Source: Centroscyllium fabricii (taxonomy: Eukaryota). From it: DNA of 64,000 nucleotides. Under the pieces are notes generated by a model. That model made no database searches, was not told the DNA's origin, and saw nothing but the letters and a program-made list of their open reading frames with translations. The translations under genes and the position numbers were made by a program. Below are positions 59,085 to 64,000 of the stretch, one piece after another; within the stretch, counting starts at the first letter, position 1, and the number at the start of each line of letters is the position of its first letter. The stretch lies in NCBI GenBank assembly GCA_051313645.2, contig JBNRSN020000005.1, forward strand, positions 64,728,001 to 64,792,000. The letters are read 5' to 3'.

Positions 59085-60751
59085 TTTATCCGTTTTAAAA
59101 TAATTTAGTAATTAAAATTGACGTATCGTCAAGATCTTCAATTAAAAGAGTCGACGCGTAGTTACCGAAACGAAAGGCTTTTAATTACTAAAGAACGGAG
59201 CTACTCTCCTCACGAGTTACTATACAGGAATGGAAGGAGCCTTGGTCAGACCACACCTATACCGGGGCCTCACCTGGGGGAGGAGTCGGGGGTGTGGCTG
59301 ACTTGGTTCCCGGCAGTGTCATAGCAAACAGGGCTGTGCCTAACACTTGCACAGCCCATCATTAGCAATGGCTATACAGTGGTAATACAGTGGAAAGATG
59401 GTTACCACACTCTCATCATTCATCTCTCTCTTTATTTTTATTTTTGTCATCCTTTGCTGGTTTTTAAAAATTTCCCAATCCTCTCGTCTCCCACCAATCT
59501 TGGCAACATTGTATGCCTTTGTTTTCAATTTGATACCATCCTTTACTTCCTTAGTTAGCCACGGATGGTGCTCCCATCTCTTAATATATTTCTTTCTCAC
59601 TGGAATATATTTTTGTTGAGAGTTATGAAATATCTCCTTAAATGTCTGCCACTGTATTTCAACTGTCTTACCCTTTAATTTATTTTTCCAGTCCACTTTA
59701 GCCAGTTCTGCCCTCGTGCCATTGTAATTGCCTTTGTTTAAGATCAGGACTCTGGTTTGAGATACAACTTTCTCACCCTCCAACTGCATTTGAAATTCAA
59801 TCATGCTATGATCACTCTTTCCTCGAGGATCCTTTACTATGAAATCATTTATTAATTCTGTCTCATTACATAGTACCAGATCCAAGATAGCCTGCTCCCT
59901 GCTTGGTTCCATTACATACTGTTCTAGGAAACCATCCTGGATGCATTCTATGAACTCTTCCTCAAGGCTACCATGGCCAATTTGATTTGTCCAATCAGTA
60001 TGGAGATTAAAATCATCCATGATTATTACTGTACCTTTTTTACAGGCCTCCATTATTTGTTAATTTATACTCTGTCTAACAGTATTGCTACTGTTCGGTG
60101 TCCTGTAGACTACGCCCACCAGAGACTTTTACCCTCTATTATTTTTTATCTCCACCCAAACCGATTCTACATCTTGATCTTCTGAGCCAATATCACTTCT
60201 CACCACTGCACTGATCCCATCCTTTACCAACAAAACGACCCCACCTCCCTTTCCTTTCTGTCTAACCTTCCGAATTGTCAAATAACCTGGAATGTTCAGC
60301 TCCCAGCCCTGGTCACCTTGCAACCAAGTCTGTAATGGCGATCAGATCATAGCCAATTGTATCTATTTGTGCCGTCAACTCACCTATCTTGTTACGAATG
60401 CTGTGTGCATTCAGATATAGAGCTTTTAACTTTGTCTTTCTACCATTCCTCCTTGTTTTGGCCCCATTTTCTGTTGCACTCTTATTTTTAAACATTGTCC
60501 CTTCCTGTCACACTCTGGTTCTTATTTCCCCCATCTCTATCCTGCTCTATTACTTTTTCATTTTTCATTGACATTTTTAATTCCCGCTCACCTGGATCCT
60601 ACCCCCATTATTTAGTTTAAAGCCCTCTCTACAGCCTTAGTTATTCGATTCGCCCGGACTGTAGGCCCAGCATGGTTCAAGTGAAGCCCATCCAAATGGA
60701 ACAGCTCCCTCTTATCCCAGTACTGGTGCCAGTGCCCCACAACTCAAAACA

Positions 60752-61172
60752 CATTCAATTCAATTCAATTCAATTTTATTTGTCACATGCACTAAATACA
60801 ACAAATGTAATCTAGACAGTGAAATGCTTTTTTAACGGCTTGAACGCACCGCACAACAAAGAACACTAAGCTGCCCGACACGCCCGGAGCCTGTAAGACG
60901 GCAGCCACCTCACCAGCACCATCAATCACAAGTCCCATTTCTGCACCGCTCCGGCCAGTCCTGCACGCAAAGTTCTTAAAGTTCTTAAGGTTCTTAAAGT
61001 CCTTTCTGCTGTTTCACTCGCCGACCTTCTTCTGTTGCTTCACTCGCTCCCCTGAATCCTCTCGATAGACCTGGGCTCTGGGTGCAGCATTCGAAGGCCC
61101 TGGGCCTGCCCCTTGTTACGGCATGCCAGCTCCCCCGAGTCCGCCGAGCTCCGAAGCGCCTGGAGGCATGTG
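60752..61172 (-). mobile_element. Non-autonomous retroposon with Rex1-like tail
   Basis: (ttgaa)n tail with gtgacaaataaa; non-coding body; interrupts the long CR1. Confidence 0.5.
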
Positions 61173-62136
61173 ACCTGCTTCTCCTACACCAGTCTTTGAG
61201 TCACTCGTTAATTTCTCTGATCTTATTTACCCTATGCAAATTCGCTCGTGGCTCAGGTAGTAATCCAGAGATTATTACCTTTGTGGTTCTGCTTTTTAAT
61301 TAGCTGCTCATATTCTCTCAGGTGAACCTCTTTCTTTGTCCTACCTATGTCATTGGTGCATATGTCCATTGGTATAGCCAGTCTCTGTCCAAGCCCACAT
61401 TTAACGTGTCTTGGATTTTACACTTTCTGAGTCCAAAGCACATGGAAGGCATGGGCCTTCCAAATCCTTGTGCATACTTTTGTAGATTATTCCCTGAGAG
61501 GGGTAAACCACCCAATATCATTAAATGTAGCCCAAGTGAATGACTGTGAGAGAAGAGTGCAATCGGAGCAAAACACGGGTTTGTCCATTACCTGCTCCTC
61601 ATTTGCCTGTTTTAGTTCTAGATGGTAAAAATATCCTTGAAAGGGTTAACCACATCTTCCATTTCCCCCTCCCAACCACACTCAACACTCAGTTGATTGT
61701 AACTATTTAGATTTGGTGATTACTTATGCTTATGGGTTTTATGGGCACTAGAAAGGTATTCCAGTATGCTGATAAAAAACTGCCTCTTATCTTTACGGAG
61801 ATTTAATCGTTGTCAGTAAGAAGTTATTAGATGGTAAAAATAAAACTGCTGAATTACAACGTTGCAGTGTGGGTTGTTGCTTGATGTCCACTGGCAGCAG
61901 AAGGAGGCTTCCATTTGTGACATTTACAAGCTGACTTTAAATACTGCATTCCTAGACTGCATCTGAATTCAGCTAAAGCCAAGAAAATCACTCGTCCCAT
62001 TTAGTTCAATCCTTGCACCTCATATTAATATTTGGTAGCTGTACACCAATCTAGAGAAAGCATGATAAAATAAAGAATAAGTAAATGAAAGATGGAAATG
62101 TTCATATACAAAAGAATAAAATATTCTACACATATC

Positions 62137-62268
62137 GGGCAGGATTTTCATTGGGCTGTGGATGCGGGATTGGAGGCGTGTGGGGGGTTAAAATCCTGAA
62201 ATCTGGGGTCCCGACGCCATCCCGCCCCCAACCCGCCTCCATGCCAGTTTTAAAGGAGGCGGGTATTA
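62137..62268. mobile_element. MITE end interrupted by the LTR element
   Basis: gggcaggattttc terminus resembling the other MITEs. Confidence 0.4.
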
Positions 62269-62270
62269 TG

Positions 62271-64000
62271 TGTGATGTGTATGTATGTGTTATCCTCCCA
62301 CCTGTGGTGGCGCTGCTGCAGCGCTGCTACAGCCATGAGGTTCTTTTACTTTTATTTTCACTTTCTCTTTTTGCTGTTGATTAAACGAAACAGCATGTTA
62401 CAGATCTGTAGCTTGAATTCTCTTTGTGTTTAAGTAGAAAGACTTAGATACAACAAGTGGCGATGAAGTGGGATTATTCTGCGTGTGGAACATACTACTG
62501 GAAGACTAAAAAAAAAGAAAAAGTTGGAACTTTCTTGTTTTCACCTACAAACACTCAGAACGGAGATTGCGGCATAAACTAATGTTACGGATGCAGTGAG
62601 TAAACAGAAATAGAAAATTGCAACGTGAAATGGCTGCTTTATTCGGAAACATCGGTGATTTTGATGAAGAGGTAGAGCAATGGAATGCTTATACGGAAAG
62701 TTTTTACTATTTTATATTGGCTGTGTCCCTTGTTTCTGACACTGTCTACAACAAAATGCTAAAGCACATTACCCTTCAGCCAACAAACATTGTGGTAAAG
62801 CCGTATATCGGCGAACCGGTGGCCATGAGAGGCGTCATGGAGGTGACAGTTAAATTGAATGGACAGACTGCAAAACTACCATTATATGTGGTAAAGGGAA
62901 ATTACCCATTTCTACTGGGACGTGCGTGGCTGGAGAAAATCGCGCTGAACTGGCCTGCAGTCCGCATGATGTCAAAAGGGGAGTCAGGTCTGACTGCAGT
63001 TTTAAACAAACATGCAGAACTCTTCAATGTGGAACTTGGGAGCATGAAAAAGATCAGCGTGAGACTGGACATTAAACCTGACAGCAAGCCGAAGTTTCAC
63101 AAAGCCTGACCTGTACCTTATTTGATTTTGATTTTTTTTGATTTTGATTCAATTTATTGTCATTGCACAGCAAAATACAGTACAACGAAATGTCTTTTTG
63201 CAACCTTCCCAAGAACGATGCAGTTGTTTAAAATGTCCATTGCTTTTAAGTCCCAGACTGTTCACTCTATGTTGGCCCTCTATGGTGCTCCGACCATGCA
63301 GGCACCGGCACTCCGACTCCGTTGGCCCCAACGCCCCGAACCCGCCGACCTCCAACGCTCCGAACTCGGTGACCACACAGGCACCGGCACTCTGTCTCTG
63401 CAGGCCCCAGTGCTCCGTACTTGCCGACCTCCAGCGTTTCGACCTCGGTGACCTCGCAGGCTCCCCAGTGCTCCAACAAGTCCGACCTCTGTGCACCTCC
63501 ATGCCGAACCCGACATCCCCACCGAGCGAACAGCCTCAGGACTACCAGCGGACAGCATCCCCGGGAGACGCAAAGCCGCTGCGTGTACACGCGCCGCCAT
63601 CTTGCCTCCGGATGCAATTAGGCCAAATGTTGAGGCTAACTTGGAGGCCTTAGTCGAGAAGGGAGTCCTGGAGCGTGTGAGCGTGAGCAAATGGGCTACA
63701 CCCATTGTTCCTGTCCTAAAAAAGCATGGATCTATTCGAATCTGCGGGGATTTAAAAGTGACTATTAACCCGGTGCTGCTGGCGGAACAGTACCCTCTTC
63801 CCCTCATTGGTGATTTCTTTACGGGCCTGGCTGGAGGGCAACAATTCAGCAAAATCGACTTATGCCAGGCTTATCCACAAATGCATGTAAATGACAAATC
63901 AAAGGAGCTGCTAACAATTGTGACACACAAGCGGCTATACAGGTACTGCCGCCTTCCGTTTGGAATTACGTCAGCCCCTGCTCTATTCCAAATGACAGTG
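62271..64000 (+). mobile_element. Mag-clade Gypsy element, 5' part with gag largely deleted; runs off the window
   Basis: LTR ~62271-62455 (TG...CA), degenerate Ser PBS tggcgatgaagtgggat, LLGRAWL, WATPIVPV, RICGDLK, RLPFGI. Confidence 0.82.
63122..63611 (-). mobile_element. Non-autonomous Rex1-derived retroposon (~490 bp)
   Basis: 5' aagatggcggcgcg...cgcagcggctttg as in the Rex1 LINE start; 3' cgttg...caatgacaataaa tail; splits the PVPY/AIRP codons of the host. Confidence 0.65.

Larger units (their letters stand above)
54448..59409 (-). mobile_element. Ty3/Gypsy LTR retrotransposon, full length, young (element B, sister subfamily of A)
   Basis: 291-bp LTRs (54448-54738, 59119-59409; 2 mismatches), TSD CTCTC, PPT aagaaggggtgaa. 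Confidence 0.95.
49772..61350 (-). mobile_element. Long CR1 LINE fragmented by six younger insertions
   Basis: 3' UTR at 49772; ORF2 pieces 51181-51455, 52127-53243, 53454-53620, 54352-54447, 59410-60430 (LYLNAHSIRNK APE start); upstream part to ~61350. Confidence 0.85.

Overview
Vertebrate nuclear DNA, very probably from a cartilaginous fish (HE1/V-SINEs with CR1 tails, SacSINE1-like DeuSINEs, shark-type Penelope ends). No host protein-coding exon could be supported; nearly all ORFs belong to transposable elements, which cover most of the window and are deeply nested. It holds five Ty3/Gypsy elements (two young full-length relatives at 43376-48275 and 54448-59409, a Mag-clade element at 27540-35619, a one-LTR CsRn1-clade element at 38125-41310, a partial Mag element at the right edge), two solo LTRs, CR1, L2, Rex1 and RTEX LINEs, tRNA- and 5S-derived SINEs, a hAT transposon, several MITE families, and Penelope ends carrying minimal hammerhead motifs. 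Most notable: the two young Gypsy elements have no tRNA primer-binding site. In its place is a 14-nt sequence perfectly complementary to the poly(A)-signal region of their own LTR, conserved in both subfamilies, suggesting a self-priming or RNA-switch mechanism. Family names come from motif recognition by eye, not database searches.
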